In this document: one piece after another, positions 1 to 9,230 of the stretch
Layout: each line of letters starts with the position of its first letter
How positions within the stretch are numbered: the stretch's first letter is position 1
Assembly (NCBI GenBank): GCA_965601925.1
Contig: OZ271854.1
Coordinates: 4,352,001-4,416,000 of the forward strand
DNA length: 64,000 nt
From: Alkalispirochaeta sp.
Lineage (GTDB): Bacteria; Spirochaetota; Spirochaetia; DSM-27196; Alkalispirochaetaceae
Direction: 5' to 3'
Made by a program: the position numbers and the translations under genes
The notes under the pieces: model-generated
What the model saw: the letters and a program-made list of their open reading frames with translations, nothing else
Told to the model about the DNA's origin: nothing
Database searches by the model: none

Positions 1-298
1 CTCGGGATTCACCGCCGCCATATCCGGATTGATCCTGTCGTCTCGTGTCATGTCCGGTAGTCCGGTGGCCGGCGTAGCGTATGAGCTCGACGCAATCGCG
101 GCGGTGGTTATCGGCGGGACGAGTCTTTCGGGAGGCGTCGGTTCCCTCATCGGCTCGTTCGTGGGGGCGCTCATGATCGGCGTTATCAATAACGGGCTCG
201 ATCTCCTAAACGTCTCCTCGTATTTCCAGCAGATAGTAAAAGGAGTAATCATCATCCTCGCCGTCGTCCTGGACCAAAGAAGCCATCAAAAGCAGTAG
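1..298 (+). CDS. Sugar ABC transporter permease (RbsC/BPD_transp_2 family), 5' end outside window
   Basis: Open frame from position 2. The C-terminal signature [22 protein letters not shown]...INNGL...QQIVKG is typical of CUT2 sugar permeases. Confidence 0.93.
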   Translation, partial: SGFTAAISGLILSSRVMSGSPVAGVAYELDAIAAVVIGGTSLSGGVGSLIGSFVGALMIGVINNGLDLLNVSSYFQQIVKGVIIILAVVLDQRSHQKQ

Positions 299-366
299 CC
301 GCACGGAGTGGGAGAAAAGAACGTATCGTTGATACGTGAAAAACGACCTTGAACAAGGAGACGGGT

Positions 367-1299
367 ATGAGAAGGACAATGTTGTTGCTGCCGATCCTCG
401 TGTACGCATCGATGGCGGTGCTCGCGGGGGGGCAAGGAGAAGGCACCGATGACGACACCGTCAGGATTGGTGTCGCGTATCAGAACCTTCAGAACGAGTT
501 TATCATCAATATCCAAGATGGTATGCGTGCGAAGGCCGAAGAACTCGGCGTGGAACTACTCGAAGCCGACGGGCGCGGACAGGCGGAAAGCCAGATCTCT
601 CAGGTCGAACTGTTTCTCACGCAAGCCGTCGACGCGATCGTCCTTAATCCGTTTGATCGCGACGGGAGCGCTCCGGCGGTCGATCTTGCCGTTGAGGCGG
701 GTATACCGATCGTAGTGGTGAACGCTCTCGTATCCAACATCGATCGAGCGACCGCCTACGTGGGCTCAAACGACGTCGTAGCCGGCAGAATCGAGGCGCA
801 GTACATCGCGGACCTTCTCGAAGGCCAAGGAAATGTCGTTATTATCCACGGTCCATTCGGTCACTCCGCGGAAATTCAGCGTACCGAAGGAAACAGAGAG
901 GTGCTCGACCAATACCCCGGCATCGAGATCGTCGCGGAGCAAACCGCAAACTGGGACAGAGCGGAAGCGTTGGAGCTCACCGAGAACTGGTTGACCTCGG
1001 GTATGGAAATAGACGCCATTATCGCCCAAAACGACGAAATGGCTCTGGGAGCCTTTGTCGCCGTTGAAGCCGCCGGCCTCGCCGACGAGGTGTTCGTGAT
1101 CGGCATCGACGCGATTCCCGACGCCTTGCAGTCGGTAGGCCGCGGTGAGCTTGCCGCAACCGTATTCCAGGACGCGAGGGGGCAAGCGGCAGGCGCACTT
1201 GAGTTGGCGTACCGGGCTGCGATGGGCGAGGAGGTGCCGACATTGCTGGATATTCCGTTCATCCTCGTGACTCAAGAGAACCTCGCCGATTTCATGTAG
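367..1299 (+). CDS. Sugar ABC transporter substrate-binding protein (RbsB/Peripla_BP_4)
   Basis: SD AAGGAG 355-360 before ATG 367. Signal peptide ending LAGGQGE. Motifs AGIPIV, YVGSND, ANWDR, AQNDEMALGA, IGIDA, ATVFQD. Confidence 0.93.
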   Translation: MRRTMLLLPILVYASMAVLAGGQGEGTDDDTVRIGVAYQNLQNEFIINIQDGMRAKAEELGVELLEADGRGQAESQISQVELFLTQAVDAIVLNPFDRDGSAPAVDLAVEAGIPIVVVNALVSNIDRATAYVGSNDVVAGRIEAQYIADLLEGQGNVVIIHGPFGHSAEIQRTEGNREVLDQYPGIEIVAEQTANWDRAEALELTENWLTSGMEIDAIIAQNDEMALGAFVAVEAAGLADEVFVIGIDAIPDALQSVGRGELAATVFQDARGQAAGALELAYRAAMGEEVPTLLDIPFILVTQENLADFM

Positions 1300-1381
1300 A
1301 CGGGACGAACGAGCATAACAGTCAGCTGCCACTGACTGTTATGCCGCTCTTGAGAAACGACATTCGATACGGGGTATGTGT

Positions 1382-2590
1382 ATGAAACGTCAATCTCTCT
1401 CCGGAAAAGTAACCGGGGTGTTTAATCAGTTCAAGGGGATCTTCAGACTTATACCGAACTTCGTCCCCAGACGATTTGCCCGCTCGGGGCATCGACTAAG
1501 GCTCCATCCCCACGACTACTATGCGCTGGGAACGAAGCGGGGTTCCATCAAAGAGCGTTGGTTCTCGTCGGTGATTCCGGCGATGAACGGCCCTCTCGCA
1601 CCCGAAGACGAGGGGCTCAGCTATGTGTCCGCCTCGGACGATCCAACTGACCGGTTTCAGCTCCGCGAAGCGGTCGATATTTTGGGGGCCGAGCTGATCG
1701 GCGCCGAACTGTACGAGAAGTATGGAACGTGGCCGATGTACTCGAAGTTTTTCGACTACGGTACGCCGCTCTTTCATCACCTCCACTTGGACGACGCGAA
1801 AGCCGCGCTCGTCGGTCGGCTCGGCAAACCGGAGGCGTACTTTTTTCCACACCAGCTCAACAACCATCTCGGTGAGTTCCCCGTCACCTATTTCGGGTAT
1901 GATCCGTCGGTAAGCATCGATGAGGTGCGCAGACGCCTCTTGGCCTTCGAGGAGGGCGACAACCGCATTACGGAACTGTCCCGAGGCTATCGGATTCAAC
2001 TCGATACGGGGTGGTATACGCCGCCGGGAGTGGTACACGCGCCGGGCTCCGTTCTCACCTATGAGCCGCAATGGAACTCAGACGTCAACTCGGTACACGA
2101 AAACGTGGTTTCCGGCGAAGTGTATCCGTACGATTTTCTCGTCGAGAATGTACCGGAAGGTAAAAAGGAGAGTATCGAGTTCGTCATGGATCTCATGGAC
2201 TGGGATAAAAACATCGATCCGCACTATCGCGAGCACTACTTCCGGCCTCCGGTACGAATACCGAACGACTCCCCCGACATTCACGAAGAGTGGATCGTGT
2301 ACGGGAACGACTACTTCGGAGGCAAAAAGCTCGAAGTAATGCCGGGCAAGTCGGTGGTGGTCAAAGACGCAGTCGCCTTTGGTTGCATCGTCATTCAGAG
2401 CTACGGAGGCTTCGGTCCGTATCTCGCGGCTGCGGCGGGGACTTTACGCTTCGGAGGTCTCAGTAACGACGAGTATTTCGTCAGCGAAGCGACGGCGCGC
2501 GATGGTTTCACGATACGAAACGATAGTCCGTTCGAGCCTATGGTGATACTCAAACACTTTGGCCCGAACCACCCAGACATGCCGCGATAG
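1382..2590 (+). CDS. Uncharacterised cupin, distantly similar to class I mannose-6-phosphate isomerase; putative sugar isomerase
   Basis: Motifs LFHHLH, GKPEAYF, PPGVVHA and YEPQWNSD line up in order with the PMI-type SxQxH / KxE / PxGxxHA / ExQxxSD motifs. Sits between the sugar binding protein and the kinase. Start could be 1376. Confidence 0.7.
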   Translation: MKRQSLSGKVTGVFNQFKGIFRLIPNFVPRRFARSGHRLRLHPHDYYALGTKRGSIKERWFSSVIPAMNGPLAPEDEGLSYVSASDDPTDRFQLREAVDILGAELIGAELYEKYGTWPMYSKFFDYGTPLFHHLHLDDAKAALVGRLGKPEAYFFPHQLNNHLGEFPVTYFGYDPSVSIDEVRRRLLAFEEGDNRITELSRGYRIQLDTGWYTPPGVVHAPGSVLTYEPQWNSDVNSVHENVVSGEVYPYDFLVENVPEGKKESIEFVMDLMDWDKNIDPHYREHYFRPPVRIPNDSPDIHEEWIVYGNDYFGGKKLEVMPGKSVVVKDAVAFGCIVIQSYGGFGPYLAAAAGTLRFGGLSNDEYFVSEATARDGFTIRNDSPFEPMVILKHFGPNHPDMPR

Positions 2591-2621
2591 GGCACGGAGC
2601 GACACACATGGGGAAGCATCC

Positions 2622-4130
2622 ATGAATCATTGTATCGGCATCGACATCGGAGGAACGACCGTCAAGGCGTCGGTTTTCGACCTTGCGGGGACCGAGCTCG
2701 GAACCGCAAGCGCCCACACGCCCGTTGCGACCGACGAGGTGGGCAAGGTCGAGCGTGATCTCACCCTCACTTGGAAGGCTATTGTCGACGTCGTGATTCG
2801 GGCACGTGAACGCGCTCGCGTAGCGGCCTCCTCAATCGCATTTGTCTCAACGACGGGACACGGAAAAGGGGCATACCTCCGGTTCGCGGGCGACGAATGG
2901 CCCTCGGTTGGGATCGTTTCGAGCGACAATCGCGCCCGAGCGGTAGCGGAGCGTCTCGGCTCGACCGAGGAGTACAAGAAAACGATCCTCCCGAAGGTCA
3001 CGCAGCCGTTGTGGCCGGCCCACAGTTCCGCACTACTGGCGTGGCTCAGAACCGAACAGCCCGAACGCTATAAGCGCATAGATCGGGTCCTCTTTGCCAA
3101 GGATTTCGTCACGGCGATGCTTACCGGCCGCACGTGCACGGACTACACCGATGCCACGGGGAGCGGCCTTTACCGGACCCGTGACCATATGATCGATGAC
3201 AACCTACTCGATTACTTCGGCTTATCCGCGCTACGTAGCGCCCTTCCGACCGCCGTGCCCTCTCACGAGACCGTCGGCGGACTTCGAAAAGGGGCGGCGG
3301 ACGCAACGGGGCTTGTAGAAGGCACACCGGTCGTCGCGGGACTGTTCGACGTAAATGCCGCGGCGCTCGCGTCGGCCGTAAAGGCCGACGAAGAGTTGGG
3401 GTTGGTCGTCGGCACCTGGAACATTGCCGAGGCGCTCACGACGGCACCCGAGCGTTTCAGCCGTTCGTGGAATCGCATCGCGGTGCAGTCTCACTGTACT
3501 CCCGGTGAGTGGCTCATTCACGAAGGGAGTCCGACCTCGGCCGGAAACTTGGAGTGGTTTGTCCGCACCATGTTCACCAGGAGCGGAGAGAATATCTACG
3601 AGGAGATCAACCGACACGTTGAAACGACCGCCCGCGCGAGTGCCATGTTCTTTCCCTACATCTACGGAAGTCACGGTAACCTCGACGCATCGGGCACGTT
3701 TATCGGTTTGAAGTCGGGGACGACCACCGGTGAGGTTCTACGAGCAATATATGAAGGAATCACCTTTCAGCTGTACGAACACGCATCGCTCATCCGCGAG
3801 ACGGCTCCGGGCGTACGGCATCTTCGTCTCGCCGGCGGAGCAAAACGATCACGACCGTGGGTGCAGCTCATCGCCGACGTCTTCGGGCTTCCCGTATCCG
3901 TATCTCCGACCGAAGAGATCGGTGCTTTAGGAGCGGCCATGTGCGGCGCAGTCGGCGTCGGCGCGTATCGGAGCTACGCCGACGCTGTCCACGGCATGAC
4001 ACGTTTCAATGACCCGATTCAACCGAACCGAGCCGAATACGCAGCCCTCCAACGGCGCTATGAGCTGTTCCTCGCCGTGCGAGAGCGATTGTCGGATGTT
4101 TGGGAGACGTTCAATGCCTCGGTTGTCTGA
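2622..4130 (+). CDS. FGGY carbohydrate kinase, L-xylulose/3-keto-L-gulonate kinase (LyxK)-like
   Basis: IGIDIGGTTVKA, TGHGKGAY, SSDNRA, AKDF, TDYTD, GLFDV, AGGAKRS..WVQLIAD, GALGAA. The TGHGKG and GLFDV motifs are LyxK-like. Confidence 0.88.
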   Translation: MNHCIGIDIGGTTVKASVFDLAGTELGTASAHTPVATDEVGKVERDLTLTWKAIVDVVIRARERARVAASSIAFVSTTGHGKGAYLRFAGDEWPSVGIVSSDNRARAVAERLGSTEEYKKTILPKVTQPLWPAHSSALLAWLRTEQPERYKRIDRVLFAKDFVTAMLTGRTCTDYTDATGSGLYRTRDHMIDDNLLDYFGLSALRSALPTAVPSHETVGGLRKGAADATGLVEGTPVVAGLFDVNAAALASAVKADEELGLVVGTWNIAEALTTAPERFSRSWNRIAVQSHCTPGEWLIHEGSPTSAGNLEWFVRTMFTRSGENIYEEINRHVETTARASAMFFPYIYGSHGNLDASGTFIGLKSGTTTGEVLRAIYEGITFQLYEHASLIRETAPGVRHLRLAGGAKRSRPWVQLIADVFGLPVSVSPTEEIGALGAAMCGAVGVGAYRSYADAVHGMTRFNDPIQPNRAEYAALQRRYELFLAVRERLSDVWETFNASVV

Positions 4131-4983
4131 CTCCCCGCTCGGGGTATACGAAAAAGCGCTCATGGGCGGCTCGTGGCACGAGGTGTTCGAGCAAGTGAAT
4201 GAACTGGGTTTCGCCTTTATGGAAATGTCGATCGACGAGTCGGACGAGCGGCAAGCGCGACTTACATGGGGACCGGACGAATGCGCCGAGTTCGTCCGGC
4301 TCAAGATACAACACGGCGTCCGCGTTCCGTCGATGTGCCTCAGCGCGAACCGGGCCTTTCCCCTGGGAGCCGCCGATCGCACACAACGAGAGCGCGGTAT
4401 CGAAATCGTTGAGCAGGCGATCGCGCTTGCCGATACGATCGGCGTGCGGCTCGTGCAACTAGCCGGTTACGAGCGGTACTACGACGAGGAGAGCCCGGAC
4501 AACTCCCGGAACTACGTCGACTCCCTCACGCACTGTGTCTCATTCGCCGCGCGATACGGTGTTATGCTCGCCGTCGAGACGATGGATACGCAGTTCATGG
4601 GATCGATATCGCGCATCTTGTGGTCCCGAAGCCGCATCGACCCAACGCCGTGGCTCACGATTTATCCGGACTTAGGAAATCTGAGCGCATGGAACGACAA
4701 CCCGATACAGGAGCTCGAGTTGGGACTACGTACGGGCGTGATTCCCGCGATTCACCTCAAAGATACCTTACCGGTAACGTGTGAGAGCGACGGTCAGTTC
4801 CGGGACGTTCCGTTTGGAACGGGATGCGTGCAGTTTCAACCCCTCTTTCGTACACTCAAGCGACATAGTTACGTCGGGCCGTTTGTGATCGAAATGTGGA
4901 ACCGTGAGCGCAAAAACAACGATGCCGTTCGTGAAGCAAAACGTTGGATTGAAGCAATTATTGAAAGAGTCGATCGACACTGA
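4114..4983 (+). CDS. L-xylulose-5-P / L-ribulose-5-phosphate 3-epimerase (UlaE/SgbU family)
   Basis: LGVYEKAL, EMSIDESDERQARL, SMCLS, QLAGY, AVETMD, YPDLGN, IHLKDT, FRDVPFGTGCV, IEMW. Overlaps the kinase stop. Confidence 0.92.
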   Translation: MPRLSDSPLGVYEKALMGGSWHEVFEQVNELGFAFMEMSIDESDERQARLTWGPDECAEFVRLKIQHGVRVPSMCLSANRAFPLGAADRTQRERGIEIVEQAIALADTIGVRLVQLAGYERYYDEESPDNSRNYVDSLTHCVSFAARYGVMLAVETMDTQFMGSISRILWSRSRIDPTPWLTIYPDLGNLSAWNDNPIQELELGLRTGVIPAIHLKDTLPVTCESDGQFRDVPFGTGCVQFQPLFRTLKRHSYVGPFVIEMWNRERKNNDAVREAKRWIEAIIERVDRH

Positions 4984-5200
4984 GATGGGAATGTGTCGGG
5001 AAGGTCGATAGATGGTCCGCCGCACCCACGCACTCCTCGATATTCCCCGGTAAGGGACAACGCACGCTCATCACATTCGCAGCGCGATGTGAAGGCGTAC
5101 CACGGGTAGCGTCAATCTCCCACGGTGCGTGTTGCGGCTATCGACCGTGGCGGGAGTTTGTGACTCCCTCTCCGAGGCGTTTTCGAATAAAGAGTGACAC

Positions 5201-5229
5201 TTGTCGATTCCGGGGGACGGCACTACTTT
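5201..5229 (+). promoter_or_regulatory. Putative sigma70 promoter of tpx
   Basis: TTGTCG (5201-5206) - 17 nt - TACTTT (5224-5229). Confidence 0.5.
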
Positions 5230-5259
5230 ATGCGGAGAATTACCGCGAAGGAGTGCACA

Positions 5260-5766
5260 GTGGCACAGATTACCCTTAAAGGCCAACCGATTAACACCTC
5301 CGGAACGCTTCCGAAAACGGGGAGTAGCGCTCCCGATTTTCGCCTTACCACCTCGGAGCTGAGCGACGTGAGCCTAGACGACTACGCCGGGAAGAAGAAG
5401 ATTCTCAACATCGTCCCGAGTCTCGACACTCGCGTATGCGCGACCAGCGCGCGTAAGTTCGACAAAGAGGTTGCGGCGCTGAACGACACGGTCTGCCTCA
5501 CCATCAGCGCCGATTTGCCGTTCGCGTCGGACCGATTCTGCAAGACCGAAGGGGTCGCAAACGTTATCACCCTCAGTGAAATGCGCGACCGCGCCTTCGG
5601 CCGCGACTACGGGTGCGAAATCGCCGACGGTCCCCTCGCCGGACTCCTTAGCCGCGCGGTCTTGGTTCTCGACGCCGATAACATCGTCGTGTATGGCGAG
5701 CAAGTCCCGGAAATCGTGGAGGAACCCAACTACGATGCGGCGTTGGAGGCGGTGAGGAACGCCTGA
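5260..5766 (+). CDS. tpx: Thiol peroxidase (atypical 2-Cys peroxiredoxin)
   Basis: GTG start after SD AAGGAG. VPSLDTRVC (peroxidatic Cys), SADLPFA..RFC (resolving Cys), GPLAGLLSRAV, EPNY. Confidence 0.96.
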   Translation: MAQITLKGQPINTSGTLPKTGSSAPDFRLTTSELSDVSLDDYAGKKKILNIVPSLDTRVCATSARKFDKEVAALNDTVCLTISADLPFASDRFCKTEGVANVITLSEMRDRAFGRDYGCEIADGPLAGLLSRAVLVLDADNIVVYGEQVPEIVEEPNYDAALEAVRNA

Positions 5767-5775
5767 GGAGTTCGA

Positions 5776-5804
5776 TTGACAGCCGTCGGGGCGAAAGCTA
5801 CCAT
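5776..5804 (+). promoter_or_regulatory. Sigma70 promoter of the lacI-bioYMN operon (near-leaderless)
   Basis: TTGACA (5776-5781) - 17 nt - TACCAT (5799-5804), 8 nt before GTG 5813. Confidence 0.7.
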
Positions 5805-5812
5805 TGGCGGGC

Positions 5813-6826
5813 GTGACCGCCACTATCAAGGATGTAGCAAGAAAGGCGTGCGTCAGTACCGCCACCGTATCGAGAGTCGTAAACAACGATACTCGTATCT
5901 CGCCCTCGACCCGTCTCCGGGTGCAGAAAGCGATCGTCGACCTCAACTACAAGGTCAATACCGTCGCACGGAGCCTCAAGAGTAAGCGCACCCTCACCGT
6001 CGGGGTCGTAGCGCCGGAGATCGCCAATGTGTTCTTCATGCGCGTCGCCGAGGGTGTCGAGGACCGTCTGGGCGACGACGGCTACGCCATGATCGTCGTG
6101 AGCTCCCGAGAAAACTCGGACCGCGAAGCGCGCGCCGTGGAGTTGCTCCTCGAGAAGCAAGTCGACGGCGTCATCGTTATTCCCGCAAGCAATAAAGGCG
6201 ACCATTTGCAGGCACTTCACCGCGCCGGAGTGCCGACCGTCCTCGTCGATCGCTTGGTCGAGGGGTTCGACGCCGACGCGGTTCTCGTAGACAACGAGGA
6301 GGCGACCTATCGTGCGGTCCGGCGCCTACACGCCGACGGCCGCGACAACTTCGCCTTTATCGGCGGACAGCACACCATCACGACGGCCGCCGAGCGTTAC
6401 CGGGGATTTGTGCGGGCCCACCAAGATATCGGCCGTCCCGTGGAGGAGCGCAACGTCCGGTTCGGCGATTTTCACACTGAGAGCGGTTTTCGGCTCTTCG
6501 GAGAACTGGTCGCCCAGGACGATCCGCCGACGACGATAATGGTCGCCAACTACTTCATGCAGATCGGTGCGCTACGCTACGTGAGTCTACACCGAGACCG
6601 CGTGCCCGCGAATCTCTTCTTAGCAAGTTTCGACACGAGCGAGTTTTCCGCCGTCGCCGGCGTTCCCGGATTGTCGATCGCCCAACCGATCGATCGCATC
6701 GGACGACGCGCTGCGGAAGTCCTTCTCGGGAGAATCGGCGGCGGTCGGCACGGCCCGCCGCGTGTCGAGCGCCTTCCCACACGAATTGTACTAACCGGAG
6801 GACATAATGAGTCGTCACTCGAGTAA
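5813..6826 (+). CDS. LacI-family transcriptional regulator
   Basis: N-terminal HTH TIKDVARKACVSTATVSRVVN, hinge ARSLK, and a periplasmic-binding-protein-like effector domain. Confidence 0.95.
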   Translation: MTATIKDVARKACVSTATVSRVVNNDTRISPSTRLRVQKAIVDLNYKVNTVARSLKSKRTLTVGVVAPEIANVFFMRVAEGVEDRLGDDGYAMIVVSSRENSDREARAVELLLEKQVDGVIVIPASNKGDHLQALHRAGVPTVLVDRLVEGFDADAVLVDNEEATYRAVRRLHADGRDNFAFIGGQHTITTAAERYRGFVRAHQDIGRPVEERNVRFGDFHTESGFRLFGELVAQDDPPTTIMVANYFMQIGALRYVSLHRDRVPANLFLASFDTSEFSAVAGVPGLSIAQPIDRIGRRAAEVLLGRIGGGRHGPPRVERLPTRIVLTGGHNESSLE

Positions 6827-7385
6827 TACCCTGCATTACGCGATCCGCGTGCAAACCGGCGCATTGGCGATCGCGCTGATTACCGCCGGCGCGTTCGTCG
6901 CGATTCCCATTCCCGGTTCGCCGGTCCCGATCGTCCTGCAAAACATGTTCGTCGTTCTCGCCGGCGTGATCCTTCCGCCCGGCTGGGCGGCCCTCTCGGT
7001 AGGGGTCTATCTGCTTTTAGGGGCGGTAGGTCTTCCGGTGCTCGCCGGCGCCTCCGGCGGCCTGGCGCACTTTGCGGGACCCACGGGCGGTTTTCTGCTC
7101 GCCTTTCCACTCGCCGCCGCGCTTACCGCGGGGATCCTGCATCCGCGCGGCGTCGTTGCACCGCGCGCGATACCCGTTCTGCGGCGAATCGTTGCGATAG
7201 GAGCGGGATTCGCGGTCGTCTATCTTCTCGGCGTCCCGTGGCTCGCTCGCGTAACGAATCTCACGCTCAATCAAGCGATCGTGGCGGGGATGCTACCGTT
7301 TTTGCCCGGCGATGCAATAAAGGCGTTCGTTCTCCTCGCATTGATGCGCACGCTTCCCGATGCACTATGGCGCACCTTGTCGTAG
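6807..7385 (+). CDS. bioY: Biotin ECF transporter S component BioY
   Basis: PVPIVLQ, YLLLGAVGLPV, GPTGGFL, PFLPGDAIKA. Confidence 0.93.
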   Translation: MSRHSSNTLHYAIRVQTGALAIALITAGAFVAIPIPGSPVPIVLQNMFVVLAGVILPPGWAALSVGVYLLLGAVGLPVLAGASGGLAHFAGPTGGFLLAFPLAAALTAGILHPRGVVAPRAIPVLRRIVAIGAGFAVVYLLGVPWLARVTNLTLNQAIVAGMLPFLPGDAIKAFVLLALMRTLPDALWRTLS

Positions 7386-8074
7386 ATCGCCTCTCGGTAC
7401 GCCTGGGAGAGCCGCCGCGAACGATTCTTGAGAACGTCTCTCTCGATCTTCCACCGGGAACGATGGCCCTGGTGCTCGGCGCCAACGGAAGCGGCAAATC
7501 CGTTCTTCTACGATCGATTCTGGGCCTCCTACCTTCGTCGGACGGGGCGATCTATCTCGACCGCAAGCGACTCAAAGGGACCTTCGCCGCGCTTCATCGC
7601 CGCGCCGGCGTCTGTTTTCAGAACCCGGATATTCAACTATTCGGCGAGACGGTGGGCGAGGACCTCGCCGTCGCCCTCGGCGAAGGGGAGCGTCTTGACG
7701 ATGACCTCGTGGGACGCTTCGGCCTATCGTCGGTCTTGGACGCTCCCCCGTGGGAACTGAGCGGAGGAATGCGGAGGAGACTCGCCCTGGCCGGCGCCTT
7801 TGCCGCTCGTCCCGACGTGCTGTTCCTCGACGAGCCTTTCTTGGAGCTCGACTATCCCGCCGTCCGAGTGCTTGCGGCGGAGCTGCAACGACACTGCGGT
7901 CGGGGCGGGTCCGTCCTTCTCGCCTCCCACGACACGCGAGACATTTGGGAGATGTGCCACTGCGTCATTATCCTCAAGGACGGCGTCGTCGAATTTGCAG
8001 GCTCGCCCGGCGACGCAGCACGGTACGTGACGCCGGCGGTCGGGCTCAGACCGTTTGAGGTACACGTCGGATGA
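7367..8074 (+). CDS. ECF transporter ATPase (BioM/EcfA-like)
   Basis: Walker A GANGSGKS, FQNPD Q-loop, LSGG signature, FLDEPF, SHD. Follows bioY. Confidence 0.88.
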   Translation: MAHLVVDRLSVRLGEPPRTILENVSLDLPPGTMALVLGANGSGKSVLLRSILGLLPSSDGAIYLDRKRLKGTFAALHRRAGVCFQNPDIQLFGETVGEDLAVALGEGERLDDDLVGRFGLSSVLDAPPWELSGGMRRRLALAGAFAARPDVLFLDEPFLELDYPAVRVLAAELQRHCGRGGSVLLASHDTRDIWEMCHCVIILKDGVVEFAGSPGDAARYVTPAVGLRPFEVHVG

Positions 8075-8718
8075 ACCGCAGACGCCCCCTTTCGTCGAGT
8101 CGAGGTGAGGCAGCGGCGCTTCTCGTCGTGTTGACGCTCCAGGGAATCATCATTGCGGTCGACGAGGCGAGACTCACGGGCGGAGCTCTGGTTCTGTTGA
8201 TCGTCATAGCGCTCTCCGTTCGAGTCCCGTTGCGTAAGGTATACCGCGCCGGTCGCGCGATTCTCGTGATTCTGCTCCCGGTTCTCCTGTTGCGTCTTGT
8301 GGCCGATCCGTCCCTGCGTACCGCTGCGGAGTGGTCTATCTATCTCGCGCGCCTCCTTACGGCGGTGCTCATTGCCCTTCTCTATCTTCACCTCCGAGGC
8401 GGAATGGGGCTCCGCCGCGCGCTCTACACCGTCTTGGCTCCTCTTCCCGATGCGCTGCGTAGCGCAATAACGGATATGATCGCCTCCACGTTCCACCTCA
8501 CACCGATTCTCATACGCCGCCTCGCGGAGGCGCAAGGCGCCTCGCGCGTCAGACTTCGCAGGACGAGTCGCTTGCGTCCGTGGCGTCCGTATGCTGCCAT
8601 GGTTCGATCGTTTCTCATCTCCGTCGGCACCCTCCCCAGGGCGCGCGCCGAGGCGATGGTGGTTCGCGGGCTCATCGGTCGGCACGCACATGCGGAGGGC
8701 TTCGATGAGACCGCATGA
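8071..8718 (+). CDS. ECF transporter T component (BioN/CbiQ-like)
   Basis: Hydrophobic N-half with C-terminal AQxxR and AMxxRG Arg motifs. ATGA overlap with the ATPase. Confidence 0.75.
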   Translation: MNRRRPLSSSRGEAAALLVVLTLQGIIIAVDEARLTGGALVLLIVIALSVRVPLRKVYRAGRAILVILLPVLLLRLVADPSLRTAAEWSIYLARLLTAVLIALLYLHLRGGMGLRRALYTVLAPLPDALRSAITDMIASTFHLTPILIRRLAEAQGASRVRLRRTSRLRPWRPYAAMVRSFLISVGTLPRARAEAMVVRGLIGRHAHAEGFDETA

Positions 8719-9193
8719 CCGGACGATCGCGGTCGTGCTTTACCAACCGGAGATTCCACCCAATACGGGAAACATCGCGCGCACGTGCGCCGCCGTGGGT
8801 GTTCCGCTGCATCTCATAGAGCCGCTGGGTTTCTCGATCGAGGACCGTATGGTGCGACGCGCAGGATTGGACTATTGGTCGTCGCTCGATTTGACCGTGC
8901 ACGAGGACTGGGAGTCTTTTGTACGCACCGAGAAGGTCACCGAGCCGGCGCTCATAACAACCAAGGGTACCCGCGCGTACACGACCATCGAGGCACCGGC
9001 GGATTCGTCGCCGCTGCATCTCATATTCGGGCCCGAAACACGCGGTTTGCCGCCGGAGATTCTTGATCGGTGGCCCGGGCGCCGATATCGTATACCGATG
9101 CGGCCGGGGTTACGGTCTCTCAACTTGGCAAACTCCGTCGCGGTCGTCGTCTACGGCCAGCTTGCACGGCACGGTTTTCAGGGATTGACATAA
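8705..9193 (+). CDS. trmL: tRNA (cytidine/uridine(34)-2'-O)-methyltransferase
   Basis: VLYQPEIPPNTGNIAR, LIEPLGF, RRAGLDYW, FGPETRGLP, RSLNLANS. Confidence 0.95.
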   Translation: MRPHDRTIAVVLYQPEIPPNTGNIARTCAAVGVPLHLIEPLGFSIEDRMVRRAGLDYWSSLDLTVHEDWESFVRTEKVTEPALITTKGTRAYTTIEAPADSSPLHLIFGPETRGLPPEILDRWPGRRYRIPMRPGLRSLNLANSVAVVVYGQLARHGFQGLT

Positions 9194-9230
9194 CGACCCG
9201 ACGGTTTGTCGGGAGCAGAGGAGATATGAG

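Noticed and set aside
4984..5200. Structured intergenic region upstream of tpx as a riboswitch or CRP site
   Set aside because: The hairpins are short and match no family I recognise. TCACAT..ATGTGA is in the reverse orientation to a CRP box, and the predicted tpx promoter lies downstream of it.
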